From Acidobacteriota bacterium (lineage in GTDB: Bacteria > Acidobacteriota > Blastocatellia > RBC074): DNA of 64,000 nucleotides. Position numbers and translations under genes: made by a program. The stretch spans positions 93,820 through 157,819 of the forward strand of contig JAFDVI010000012.1 of NCBI GenBank assembly GCA_018269055.1, written 5' to 3'. The notes beneath the pieces were generated by a model that was given only the letters and a program-made list of their open reading frames with translations, ran no database searches and was not told the DNA's origin. Shown here piece by piece: positions 49,727-61,159 of this stretch. The first letter of the stretch is position 1, and each line of letters begins with the position of its first letter.

Positions 49727-52700
49727 TCAGAAAAAGAGTTTTAACGCCAGTTGGCCGATGCGCGGATCGGTGGCTTGATTGAGCGCACCAAAATTCCCTT
49801 TCGAGCTGAGTTTGGCAAAGTTCCCGGCGGCAATGCCCTCGTCGAAGTTCACATGATTGAAGATATTGAAAAACTCGGCGCGAAACTGAAGTTTGTAGCG
49901 TTCGGTGAAGGAAAACGTTTTGGTGAACGCCATGTCCCAATTGAAAGAACCTGGGAATCGCAAACTTCCTTTGCCGAGAGTTCCGAATGTGCCCACGGGA
50001 TTATTTACAAACGAAGGCAGCGCAAGCCAATCTTTGCAGGCTTTTGTGCTGCCAGCACAAGCGCCGGAACCGTACGCGGGGCCGACGATATTGGCTCGGT
50101 CTTGTCCGATTCCTGTGCCGGAATTATTCACACCGGACAACACAGTGATTGGGCGACCGGTTTGCGCTGAAACCAATCCGCTCAATTGCCATTCACCCAA
50201 CAAACCGCGCACGAGCGCCATCGAATTACCAAGCTTGGGAAGCTGCCAAACGTAAGAGCCGACAAAACGATGCGTGTGATCGAACTCCGACGGACCGCGG
50301 TCAAACGGATGCCGCAGCGGATCGTCCCAAGGACGCGCCGAGTAGGTGTCAAACCCTGTAACGCCCGCACCGGGCGGCAATGTGTCAATGCTCTTTGCCC
50401 AGGTATAGCTGCCCAGAATCGTCAGACCGCCCGCCAAACGGCGCTCGCCGGACAATTGAAGCGAGTTGTAGCTGGAATTCACATCCTGGCTGTCCTGCTG
50501 TATGTCGCTGAACAGCGGGCTTCCCGCGATTGCGTTGAGTCGCCGGTTGCCTCCGCCGACGGGCGCAGGATTCAGGTTCAACGTTTCCGTCAAATGGCTG
50601 CTATGAGAACCAACATAGGCGATGCGCCCTAAAATGCTATAGGGCAATTGCCGTTCGATGGACAGGTTCCAGTTGTACACTGTCGGAACCTGGTATTTGG
50701 TCGCGGGGTCCCAACTCAGAATCAATTGATTCAAGGTGAACGCAGTGTTCGATGGCGGCGGAAAGGTCGCCGGGAGCGGATAAACGCTGGCTTGCGATGC
50801 GCAGCCCAGCGCCGTTTGCGTCGCAGCTTTTGTGCAGAGCGGATCGCTGAACGAACCCGGTTTCACTGCGCCGGTCAACGTGCTCAGGATGAATTGCGGA
50901 CTGAACGGAGTTTGATCCACAAAACGATTGTTGATGATTCCGTTCAACCGTGTGTCGTAAAAGATTCCGAATCCGCCGCGCAAAGATGTTTTGCCGTCTC
51001 CGAATACGTCGTAGGCAAAGCCGATGCGTGGAGCAAAATTATTCAGGCTGGAACGGACGCCGTCTTCCGGCACGCCCGCATCACCGGGGAAAAACACTCC
51101 CGGAGGCGCGTTGGGAAATTGTTTGGAGCGCACACCGGCCAGAAAGTCGGCCAAGCGAAATTGCTGCACGCGTCCTTTGAGTTCGTGCCAGGGCAGAAAC
51201 GGTTCATACCGCAAGCCTAAATTCACCGTCAGTTGTCGGCTCACCCGGAAATTATCCTGAATGTAGACGCCGGCAAAAATGTTGCGGTTAAGCTTAAATT
51301 CTCCTGCGCCCTGTCGAAACGCCACATTGCCGCTGTAATCGCCGAGTTGCCCGGCCAGAAACGCCGTCAACGAAGGAAAGCTGAATTCGGCGGGTTGGAA
51401 GAATTTGTTGTCCAGGTCTACCTGGCTGCGTTCAATCACGCCACCAAAACGCAAATCGTGTTTACCCAACACCCAGTTCACATCGTCGCTCCAGGTGAAA
51501 TTGTTGCGAATGAACGAGGCCGAAGGATTGTCTCCGAAATTGAATGCGCCGTTCACTCGAATCTGTTGAATGGCTTTCGGGTCCGCCTGAAACGGAAGCG
51601 CCACGCCCAAATCCGCAACGCTGATCGCATTGTCCGCAGGCCCGCGCGTTGCGTTTTCATTGGCATAACTGAAGCGGAAGGAATTCAGCAGCGTCGGGCT
51701 GAACACGTGACTGTATTGAATCAACGTGTTTTGGGAAACGATGGTTGAGCCATCGGAATAAGTCAGGAAATTCGCGGGATCAAACACGGCGTTGCGCGAA
51801 AAGTGGTTGTAAAAATAGCGTCCAGAAATTTTATCCCTCTGGTTGAAGGAATGGTCTACTTTGCCGAGCACTTCGTTGAAGTTCTGCCGATCCGGCCTGG
51901 CAAAACTCACTTGATTGTTGGCGTCGCCGACTGGGATGCCTTTCAGCAAATTGATCACAGCCGGATCGGTTGCCGTCGCTCGTAACGCTGCGCTGGGAAC
52001 CGTCCGCGTGGTTGCGCCACCGATATTGCGCAAGCGAGTGGCCTGAAACGCGGCAAAGAAAAACGTGCGGTCTCGAAGAATGGGCCCGCCTACTACCCCG
52101 CCAAATTGATTTCGTTTCAGTTGATCCCGTTTGGCGGCCTGCCACTGCCGGGCGTTGAATACTTCATTGCGCACGAATTCAAACGCGTCGCCATGAAATT
52201 CGTTGGTGCCGGAGCGCGTCACAACATTGACCACGGCTCCGGCATTTTGTCCGTATTCAGCGCTGTAATTGCTGGTCTGGACGCTGAATTCCTGCAACGC
52301 ATCGGGCATGGGAAAAGGCTGATTGACGTTGGTGTATTCGTCCACATAATTGCCGCCATCCAGCGAATAACTGACCATGTTTTGCCGCGCGCCATTGGCG
52401 GCAATCGTCACCGCGCCGGGAAAGGTTTTGGTTGATCCCTGGTCTGCGCCGCCACTGGGAGCGGCAACCGCTCCGGGAACCAGCAAGGTCAACGTCGCTG
52501 CATTGCGACCGTTGAGCGGCAATTCCTGCACGCGCTCTCGTTCAATGACCTGCTTCAGGGTGGGCGTCGAAGTGTCCACCTGAATGGCATCGGCGATGAC
52601 ATTCAACACCTCCGTGTTGGCTCCCACCTGCATCGTCGCATTCACGGTCAGGGTCTGATTTGCTAGCAGAGTCGTCCCTTTTTGATTGAAGGTGCGAAAA

Positions 52701-52977
52701 CCCGTCGCTTCTACAACCAGGTTGTATTGCGCAGGGCGGAGCGAAGTCAGCACATAATGGCCTTCGGTGTCGGTGGTTACCGTGCGGGCAAACCCTGTCC
52801 CCGATTCGGTAGCGGTGATTCTTGCGCCCGCAATCACGGCTCCCGACGGATCGGTTACGGTGCCCGTAATGCTCCCAAACCCTTGTGCGTAAACCGCCCC
52901 GGAAAATGTCAATAAACAGCACAGACTCAACCCCATCATCATCCGAGAGGTAAAATAACGAACAGATACAATTCTCA
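49727..52977 (-). CDS. TonB-dependent receptor with N-terminal carboxypeptidase-regulatory-like domain
   Basis: Signal peptide then GSITGTVTDPSGAVIAGARITATESGTGFARTVTTDTEGHYVLTSLRPAQYNLVVEATGF (CarbopepD_reg_2), plug and beta-barrel; ends with the aromatic terminal ...LKLFF. Confidence 0.9.
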
Positions 52978-53361
52978 TGACGGATTCCCCTTTTGTCGTT
53001 GCGTCTTCAAATCTGATCCAATGCACATTGGAAATAAGTTGTAAGCCAACTGGTTCAGCGGCGATGCCCCCAAACAAGCAATCATCCCAGCAGAGCAGTC
53101 TGTTACCTTAATTTTTGACTTTACCAAACATCGTCAACAGGTTGTGGCTGGTAACCCTACGGAAAATTTGAATCTGGTTTCCCGACCAAACTGGGCGTCT
53201 TCCGACGCTCAACAATTGCTCTAACTTAATGCCTGTATTAGAGTAAGCGGCGTTGCGGTTCCTTCCGCCGTTGACTTCCCGCAAACACGGATATTTGTTC
53301 GGCCAGCCCGATTCTGACGCCGATTATGGTCATTGGTCAGGAAGGAAGTCTTTCCCAAATC

Positions 53362-53389
53362 TTGACAAAGTTTTGACGAAGTTTTGACG
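53362..53389 (+). promoter_or_regulatory. Triple TTGAC direct repeat with ~11-bp period (-35-like TTGACA, or OmpR-family binding repeats)
   Basis: cTTGACaaagtTTTGACgaagtTTTGACgc sits immediately upstream (-55 to -27) of the wHTH regulator start codon. Confidence 0.4.
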
Positions 53390-53415
53390 CGCGGATTTCT
53401 TCCATCAACCGAGCA

Positions 53416-55681
53416 CATGAACCAGCCCGCCAAACATTTTTATGAATTTGGCCCATATCGCCTGGAAACCGGCGAGCGCATTTTGTTGCGTGATGGCCAG
53501 ATTGTGGCGCTAACGCCAAAGCTGTTCGATACACTGCTGGTGCTGGTTGAAAGTGGCGGGCGAATTCTGGACAAGGAGGATTTACTGAAACTGGTCTGGC
53601 CGGACACCTTCGTCGAAGAGGTGAGCCTGGCCAAAAAGGTTTCGATTCTCCGCAAAGTGCTGGGCGAGGATTTCGAGCACCATTACATCGAAACTATCCC
53701 TCGGCGCGGATATCGCTTTGTCGCTGAGGTTCGGGAAGTTCGCGAGGACGCTCCGCTTCAACCCATCCAGCCGAACGGGCAAAATGGCGTTGCCACGTCG
53801 GCTGCCCCCCAAAATACTCAACCAGCGATTTCCGAGGTTTCGCCAACCCCAACGGTTTCCGAAGCCAGCCCGGCAACGCCTTCAGAACGAAATCGTTCGC
53901 GTCCGCTCACTCGTTGGTTCGCATTGATGGCTGGCTTGCTGCTACTCGGTTCGCTGGTGGTTTTATTCGTCCGCCGATTGGAAATTGGGGCGGCAACGAA
54001 GACGCCAAAATCATTGCCTCCGCTGAACGCCGTTCCGTTGACCAGTTATCAAGGTAGTGAAACACAAACCGCGTTTTCGCCAGACGGCAATCAAATTGCG
54101 TTTGCCTGGACGGGGACACAGGGAACCAAACCGAACCTCTATGCCAAGTTGATCGGCGTCGAAACTCCCTTGCAACTGACAAATTCGGGGGCAACGGATA
54201 TGTATCCGGCTTGGTCGCCGGATGGTCGTTACATTGCGTTTATTCGCCAATCCGCATCGGGCGACGGGATTTACCTGATTCCCGCAATCGGCGGCGTGGA
54301 GCGCAAATTGGCAGATGTATTCCCTGCCCAACTTCCCACCGATGGCAACAGCCCGTATTTTGCTACGGATGGAAAATCTCTGGCGATTCCAGACAAATCT
54401 TCAGCGGCGGAACCGCTGAGCATTTTCCGTCTTATCATCGAAACCGGCGAAAAGCACAGATTGACATCGCCCCCTTCCGAGGCGGTCGGCGATCACTACC
54501 CGGCATTTTCCCCGGATGGAAAGATGCTGGCCTTCGTTCGCGAAACCCGCTGGTCGATTGCGGACATTTACGTGCTGGCATTGCCGTCGGGGGAACCGAA
54601 GCGGCTAACGTTTGATGATCTGCCGATTGTCGGTTTGGCCTGGACTGCGGACAGCCGCGAGCTGCTGTTCACATCCCGGCGCGGCGGCAGCACACGGCAT
54701 TTGTGGCGCGTCGCCGCTAGTGGCGGTGCCCCCGAACGAATTGAAACCGTTGGGAATGACGTGATCAGCCCGGCCATTTCCTTACGAGGCAACCGGCTGG
54801 CTTACACACAGGCTTTGGATGACATCAACATCTGGCGCATTGAACTCAATGCCGCAGGCCACGCCAAATCCCAGACCAGCCTGATCGCTTCCACGTTCTG
54901 GGATCACGGACCGGATTTTTCGCCGGACGGCCAAAAGATCGCTTTTGCCTCCGGTCGTTCCGGCAGCGCAGGCATTTGGGTATGTAACAGCGATGGTTCC
55001 AAACCCAGATTGCTACACGCTTGTGGGCCGCACGTTACGGGAACGCCGCGTTGGTCGCCGGATGGTCGCTGGATTGTTTTCGATTCCCGTTCCTGCCTAC
55101 CAGGAATGGCAGGCAATCCGGATGTGTATCTGGTCAGCGCCGACGGCGGCCAGCCTCGCCGTTTGACCACGGACGAAGCCGAGGATGTCGTGCCAAGCTG
55201 GTCTCACGACGGCCAATGGATCTATTTCGCTTCGACGCGCAGTGGCAGTATGCAGGTGTGGAAAGCGTCCGTAATGGATGGCGCGGCGGTGCAAATCACA
55301 CGACAAGGCGGTTTCGAAAGCTATGAATCTCCTGACGGCAAATACCTGTATTACACCAAAGGCCGCAACACGCCCGGCATCTGGCGTATTCCGACGACGG
55401 GCGGCGCGGAAGAATCCGTCATTGATCAACAGAGAGCGGGGCAATGGCGATACTGGCGCGTGACCGACCAAGGCATCTATCTGGCAGTCACGATGCCCAG
55501 CGGACCGGTAATTGAATTTTTCAACTTCACCACGCAGCGATTCACTGAAGTTGCCCGTCCTGCCAAAGGCCCGGAGCGGAACATTCCCGGCCTCGCCGTT
55601 TCTCCCGATGGTCATTCTCTTCTTTACGTGCAGATGGATCGCAGCGGCAGCGATTTGATGATGGTCGAAGACTTTCGCTGA
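53416..55681 (+). CDS. CadC/OmpR-type winged-helix DNA-binding domain - TM - TolB-like (PD40) beta-propeller one-component regulator
   Basis: FGPYRLETGERILLRDGQIVALTPKLFDTLLVLVESGGRILDKEDLLKLVWPDTFVEEVSLAKKVSILRKVLGED...IETIPRRGYRFV (trans_reg_C); TM segment (WFALMAGLLLLGSLVVLFV); repeated PD40 motifs (YPAWSPDGRYIAF, FSPDGKMLAF, FSPDGQKIAF, WSPDGRWIVF). Confidence 0.85.
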
Positions 55682-55811
55682 GAATCACAGGCCGTCAGAT
55701 TGGTTTCCAAATTGGCGTAAGTTGGGGCGATTTTGAAAGACCAGAAAAAAAGCAAAGAGAGAAGACGTTTCCCTCTTTGCTTTAGCGCCATTCAACGAAG
55801 GTAAGGACGTT

Positions 55812-58800
55812 TCAAAAGACAAATCGCAATCCGAATTGCAGTTGCCTGGGCGTGGTTCCCTGCGCCAGTGATGTGATTCGTCCCACATTGGCGGCAATCG
55901 AAGTCGCGTTGGAATTGATCGTCAGCGAAGACGGCTCCGCATAGTTTTGAATGTTGAACACGTTAAACGCCTCGAAGCGCAATTGCAGGTTCATCCCTTC
56001 GCGCACCGGGAAGCTCTTGAACATGGAAAGGTCCATGTTGACTACATGCCCGCCTCGAAACACGTTACGTCCCAGATTTCCGAACGAGCCGGAAGGAATT
56101 CCGAACGCGCAGGAATTGAACCAGCTAAAGGACGTGTAAACCGTATCTGCCGCGCGCCCTCCCTGCGAAACGGTCTTCTGGCAGTTCGGATCGGGATTGG
56201 CCGCAACCGGCCCAGCCACAAATGGGTCGGCGATCAGGTTTGGACGAAGATAGTTTCCTGGCGCATTTCCCGGCGCGCTGCCGCGCAGGTTTGCCAGGTC
56301 TCCCGTAATTTGCAGATTGTAGGGAGCGCCCGAACGCGCCTGGAAAATGTAATTCGCCTGCCAGTTGCCCAATACCCACGAAGCGGGGCCGCTCTGAATC
56401 CATTTCTTTCCTTTCCCGAACGGCAACTCGTACACCGTCGCCCAGGAAAGGAAGTGCGGAATGTTATAAGCTGAAAGGCCTCGCCCTGTGCTGGGGTCAA
56501 AATAATTTTGCAGCGTCGAACCGCCGCCCGGCCCATTTTCGACGTTGAAATATCCGCTGCTTATGTCAATGGATTTGCTCCACGTGTACGAAACCAGCGT
56601 GTGCAATCCGCGCGAAAACCGGCGCTGGAAGCTGGTCTGTAAAGCGTTGTAGTTGGAAGTGCCTTTGCTCAGCGTGTAGTTGATGTTCGCTGCCACCCAC
56701 GGCATAGGGCGCAACGCGTCAATCACCGCAGCAGGCGTGCCGTTCGGCGAAGCCTGGCGCGCGGTATTGCCCAAGCCCGAATACGGCAACCTTCCGTTTT
56801 TGCTGCCCACGTACGCGGCAGAAACCATCATCGAAGGCGTCAGTTGACGTTGCAGTTCCAGATGCCATTGCTGCGAATACGGGTCTTTGTAATTCGGATC
56901 GTCGCCAAAAGTATTGGCGGGCGTCCACGGATTGGTCGTCGGCAGCGGCGTCGCAAATCCCTGTCCTTGAACTTGAATGATGTTAAATGCCGTGCCGTTG
57001 ACGAAATTGGCGCTGGCGTTGGCCGTACCGGCAAATGCCGTCGCGTCGGGCCAAACGGCCATCTCCAGATCGTTCTGCGCATATTGGCTGCGCGCCGGAA
57101 CCGCGTCCCAGTACAGCCCATACCCTGCGCGCAGCACTGTTTTCGAGTTAATGGACCAAGCAATGCCAAGGCGCGGCCCGATGTTGTCTTTCACCGCGGG
57201 CGGCGCGAAAAACTCTTCGCCAGCCAACACCACGTTGTTGAAATGCGGATCGTTTTGGAATGCGTCCGGAATGCACGGCGCGGCTTTGACCACGCTGCAC
57301 AGCCCCGGCATTGTCTTTGCGCCGATGATCCATTTTTGATTGGGAATATCCAGCGCGTTCCACAACCGCCCATCCAGCGTGCTTGGCACGTTCAGATAAT
57401 CGTAGCGCAAGCCCAGCGTCAGCGTCAGATTCGGCGTCAGTTTCCATTCGTCCTGCCCATAAGCCGCCCACGCGGCGTATTTGAATTGCACTGGGCCACC
57501 GTGCAGGATCGGCAATTGCGCCTGGAAATTGTTCGGGAAACCCAGCAACGCCGAAGCCAGCGACAAACCGGTTGTGCCTGAAGCCACTGCCGGATTGCGC
57601 GTTTGTTCATCGCTGAAAGTGTAGGTTTGGAAAGTGTTCAACTGGATGCGCTTGGCCTGGATGTACCAGAAACCCGCTTTGATGTTGTGAGGGCCTTTCA
57701 ACCAGACGATGTTCGGCGTCACGCTCCAGTTTGGATTTTCGCGCGGTGCTGCGCCGCGAATGCCGAAATTGTTGTTGCCGCCGTTCGTCCAGTTGGAAAG
57801 CGCCACCAGCAAGCCGCCGTACTTTTCCACATCCAAAAATCCGCCCTGCTTCAAGGGATCAAGCCCGGCTTCGTGTTGATTTTGCTGCCCGGCATCAACG
57901 CCTGGACGCCCGGCATAACCGCCGCGAACATCCAGGATCAGGTTCGGACTGAACGTATGCGTCCAGCCGCCACCGTAATTTCTCCCCTGCGAACCGCCGC
58001 CCGTCGAGCCGACTTCCCCAATCGGCGTCAGAATCGAAACGCGGTGTTCGGTGTAGCGGAAGAAAACGTTGTCCGCGTCGCGGAAGCGGTGATCCACGCG
58101 GCCTTGAAAGCTGTTGGAGTTATTCACCGTTGGACGCGTCTGGATGAAGTTCGTCGTTCGGTCGCGCGCGTCCGAGAAATTGGGCGTTGCCGCGTAGGTT
58201 TGGAAGAACTGCTGCATTGGCCGAAAGATCAACGCTTGCGGAATTATGTTGCAGGCCGTGCCGATGGTTTGATCCTGTTGTTTCTGCGCGTTCACGGGAA
58301 GCGGATTTCCTGCGGCGTCGCAGCGGAACGGATCGCGCACAAATGTGCTGCCCGATGTGCGGGTTGAGTATGGGTTGTAGATTTGGCGGCGGAAGCCCGA
58401 ACTCGTATTGCTGAAGTCTCCGCCAATTTCAGCCGCCGTCGGCACGTAAGCCAATCCTAGGTTGGGTTGGCTGTAGCGCCAACCGTCATAGCTGGCCGAA
58501 AAGAAGGTTTTGTTTTTGATGACCGGTCCGGTCACCACCGCGCCGAATTGATTTTGATGAAAGGGCGCAGGGCCGCTGGGGACAAACTGTCCCGGTTTGC
58601 AGCGCGCCAGCGTGCACGTAGCGTCCGTAAATGCATTACGCGCGTCGAAGAAATTGTTGCGGACATATTCAAAGGCCGAACCATGCAGATTATTGCCGCC
58701 GGATTTCGAGACCATATTCACAATTCCGCCGGTCGCGCCGCCATATTCAGCCTTCGCGTCGTGCCCGACGACCTTGAATTCCTGCACCGCGTCAATGTTC

Positions 58801-59486
58801 GGGATGACGATGTAAGTCGGCCCGCGCACGTTGGTATTGATGATTCCGTCAAAGAAATACAGCTTCGAGCGGTTTTGCTGGCCGTGGAATGAAGCGTCGG
58901 AAAAGCCCGATCCGGGTAATCCCACGTTGCCTTCGCAACAACCGACGTTACGGTTTTGCGAAGTCGAAACCGGCGTCACGCCGGGGGTGAGCGTCAACAG
59001 TTGCGTGAAGTTTCTGCCATTGAGCGGCAGGTCTTGCACGGTTCTTTCCTGAATGACGGTTCCTAGCTCAGTCGTTGCGCTGGACAGCAATTCGCCATTG
59101 GCGGCGCTGATTTCGACCGTCTGGCTGACTTCGCCCACCGTCAGCGAAATGTTCTGCCGAACGGTCTGGCTGACACCGACATCGAAATTGGCGATTTGCG
59201 TCGTCTTGAATCCTTTGGCTTCCACTCGCAGCGAATACGCGCCGGGACGCACGTTGACGAAAATAAAGTAACCGTCCTGATTGGAAGTCGCCTGCGATTC
59301 GATCTTCGTCGCCAGATTGATCAGCTTTACGGTTGCGGTTGGCACGGCTGCTCCCGATGGATCAGTAACGACACCATTCACTTCACCCGTTGATGTTTGC
59401 CCTAACAGAGTCGAGCCAAATGTCAGAAGCACTATCGGTAACACCATCAACCTGAAAAGTATCAACTTCGTTTTCCCGAAAAACAT
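55812..59486 (-). CDS. TonB-dependent receptor with carboxypeptidase-regulatory-like domain
   Basis: Signal peptide; EVNGVVTDPSGAAVPTATVKLINLATKIESQATSNQDGYFIFVNVRPGAYSLRVEAKGF; plug/barrel; C-terminal ...LRFVF. Confidence 0.9.
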   Translation of the reverse strand: MFFGKTKLILFRLMVLPIVLLTFGSTLLGQTSTGEVNGVVTDPSGAAVPTATVKLINLATKIESQATSNQDGYFIFVNVRPGAYSLRVEAKGFKTTQIANFDVGVSQTVRQNISLTVGEVSQTVEISAANGELLSSATTELGTVIQERTVQDLPLNGRNFTQLLTLTPGVTPVSTSQNRNVGCCEGNVGLPGSGFSDASFHGQQNRSKLYFFDGIINTNVRGPTYIVIPNIDAVQEFKVVGHDAKAEYGGATGGIVNMVSKSGGNNLHGSAFEYVRNNFFDARNAFTDATCTLARCKPGQFVPSGPAPFHQNQFGAVVTGPVIKNKTFFSASYDGWRYSQPNLGLAYVPTAAEIGGDFSNTSSGFRRQIYNPYSTRTSGSTFVRDPFRCDAAGNPLPVNAQKQQDQTIGTACNIIPQALIFRPMQQFFQTYAATPNFSDARDRTTNFIQTRPTVNNSNSFQGRVDHRFRDADNVFFRYTEHRVSILTPIGEVGSTGGGSQGRNYGGGWTHTFSPNLILDVRGGYAGRPGVDAGQQNQHEAGLDPLKQGGFLDVEKYGGLLVALSNWTNGGNNNFGIRGAAPRENPNWSVTPNIVWLKGPHNIKAGFWYIQAKRIQLNTFQTYTFSDEQTRNPAVASGTTGLSLASALLGFPNNFQAQLPILHGGPVQFKYAAWAAYGQDEWKLTPNLTLTLGLRYDYLNVPSTLDGRLWNALDIPNQKWIIGAKTMPGLCSVVKAAPCIPDAFQNDPHFNNVVLAGEEFFAPPAVKDNIGPRLGIAWSINSKTVLRAGYGLYWDAVPARSQYAQNDLEMAVWPDATAFAGTANASANFVNGTAFNIIQVQGQGFATPLPTTNPWTPANTFGDDPNYKDPYSQQWHLELQRQLTPSMMVSAAYVGSKNGRLPYSGLGNTARQASPNGTPAAVIDALRPMPWVAANINYTLSKGTSNYNALQTSFQRRFSRGLHTLVSYTWSKSIDISSGYFNVENGPGGGSTLQNYFDPSTGRGLSAYNIPHFLSWATVYELPFGKGKKWIQSGPASWVLGNWQANYIFQARSGAPYNLQITGDLANLRGSAPGNAPGNYLRPNLIADPFVAGPVAANPDPNCQKTVSQGGRAADTVYTSFSWFNSCAFGIPSGSFGNLGRNVFRGGHVVNMDLSMFKSFPVREGMNLQLRFEAFNVFNIQNYAEPSSLTINSNATSIAANVGRITSLAQGTTPRQLQFGLRFVF

Positions 59487-59597
59487 TGGATCATTCCTCC
59501 TTGCCGGATAAGTTCGACCGTTTCAGGGTCGAAAGAAACCAAAGTATCGAAGACTTGTTGAGCGGCAGTTTTTGAATCCCAGCAAAGCCAGCAAAGG

Positions 59598-61034
59598 TCA
59601 ATTCCCGTTCACGTCCAACCGAAGCACGGAGTCCAAATCGCTCGGAGCCTGTTCCGGCAATTGCACAATCAGCTTTCCGTCCTTGTGCGTAAACTTCAGC
59701 GGCTTTTTCGATCCGGCCAGCAGATGGGCTTTCGTGACCTTGCCCTTCATCCCTTCCAGCACGAATTCTTTCGGCCAGGCAAACAAATGAATGTAAATGA
59801 CGCCCGGTTTGGTCGTCGCACGCCATTCTTTCGCCTGCTCAAATATGGGTTGGCCTTGCTGATTCTTTTTCGTGTCGCTCAAGCGGCCGAACTCTTGACC
59901 GAAGGGTGACGGGCTGGCGCCATAAATCGCTTCGCCATTTACTTTCAGCCACTGGCCGACTTTGCGCAGAATGTCCTGGCTCGGTTGCGGGATGATGCCT
60001 TCGGCGGTAGGGCCGACATTAAGCAGGTAATTGCCGCCTTTGCTGACGATGTCCACCAGTTTGAACACGATCTCGGCGGGCGGTTTCCAGTGATCGTCGT
60101 AGCTTTTGTAACCCCAGGTGTCATTGATCGTGGCGGGAACTTCCCAAACGCCGGGCACGACTTGATCGGGAATGCGGTTGTCGCCAGTCGAACGGTAATC
60201 GCCTTTGCCGCCCAGCCGCCCGTTGACCAGGCAATTTGGTTGAAGCTCGCGAACCATGTCCGCGAATTGCTGCGCGCGTTGTTCGGTCATCAATCGCGGC
60301 GTGTCGAACCAGATTAATCCCAACGGGCCGTATTGCGTCAGAATTTCGCGGGTTTGCGGCAGGGCTTTGTCGCGCAGGTATTGGTCAAAATCTTTCTTGT
60401 CGTCCGGCCCAAAATCCCAGGTGTTGCCCGCGCCGTTCGGTTCGTGCCAATCCTGCGCTTGCGAATAGTAAAAGCTGAGTTTGATGCCGCGTTTGGCGCA
60501 GGCGGCGGCAAGCTCCTTCATCGGGTCGCGCTTGAAGGGCGTGGCATCCACAATGTTGTACTTGCTGACCTGCGATTTGAACATCGCGAAACCGTCGTGA
60601 TGCTTGGACGTAATCGTCAGGTATTTCATCCCAGCGTCTTGCGCGAGTTGCGCCCACTCTTCGGCGTTGAACTTGACCGGATTGAACTGTGCTGCAAGCT
60701 GCTCGTACTCCTTCACAGGGATTTTGGCGCGGTTCATGATCCATTCGCCGATACCAGGGATTTGCTGCCCTTTCCAGGTTCCCGCCGGAATCGCATACAA
60801 GCCCCAATGAATGAACAAACCGAACTTGGCTTCGCGGAACCATTTGCTGCGCGGGTTGTTCATCTCGCGCGCGGCTTCTTCGGGGCTAGCCATTGTGATA
60901 GCCGGACGCGGCGCAGGCGCGGGTTGCTGCTGTTTGTAGGCTGAGACAAGAATGCTAAGCGCATACATAACAGCCAGGACGGTCAGAAATCGGACAATAA
61001 GCATTTGCAAGAAAAATCTTTTAGAGTTTTGCAT
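59598..61034 (-). CDS. Exported alpha-L-fucosidase (GH29)
   Basis: FGLFIHWGLYAIPAGTWKGQQIPGIGEWIM...MKYLTITSKHHDGFAMFKS is the GH29 catalytic region; start at MQNSKRFFLQ (ATG 61034). Confidence 0.85.
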   Translation of the reverse strand: MQNSKRFFLQMLIVRFLTVLAVMYALSILVSAYKQQQPAPAPRPAITMASPEEAAREMNNPRSKWFREAKFGLFIHWGLYAIPAGTWKGQQIPGIGEWIMNRAKIPVKEYEQLAAQFNPVKFNAEEWAQLAQDAGMKYLTITSKHHDGFAMFKSQVSKYNIVDATPFKRDPMKELAAACAKRGIKLSFYYSQAQDWHEPNGAGNTWDFGPDDKKDFDQYLRDKALPQTREILTQYGPLGLIWFDTPRLMTEQRAQQFADMVRELQPNCLVNGRLGGKGDYRSTGDNRIPDQVVPGVWEVPATINDTWGYKSYDDHWKPPAEIVFKLVDIVSKGGNYLLNVGPTAEGIIPQPSQDILRKVGQWLKVNGEAIYGASPSPFGQEFGRLSDTKKNQQGQPIFEQAKEWRATTKPGVIYIHLFAWPKEFVLEGMKGKVTKAHLLAGSKKPLKFTHKDGKLIVQLPEQAPSDLDSVLRLDVNGN

Positions 61035-61076
61035 GGCGGTGTGGTTCTGTGTTGCCGAGGATTGCCCGGCGTTGTA

Positions 61077-61147
61077 GCACAAACTGTCAGTTTGTGCCGC
61101 TTACTCCACTCGCCTTTGGGAGCATCGGCGCAAACTGACAGTTTGCG
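61077..61147. promoter_or_regulatory. Two 21-bp perfect palindromes GCACAAACTGTCAGTTTGTGC and GCGCAAACTGACAGTTTGCGC, 50 bp apart
   Basis: Located in the 125-bp gap between the GH29 start (61034) and the upstream TBDR stop (61160); both followed by GCTTACTC/GCTACTC. Confidence 0.55.
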
Positions 61148-61159
61148 CTACTCTTGCTG

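Noticed and set aside
53362-53389. TTGAC x3 repeat as a definitive regulator binding site
   Set aside because: It is kept only as a low-confidence feature. The first unit is also a perfect sigma70 -35 hexamer (TTGACA), so the pattern may simply be a promoter rather than an OmpR-type repeat.
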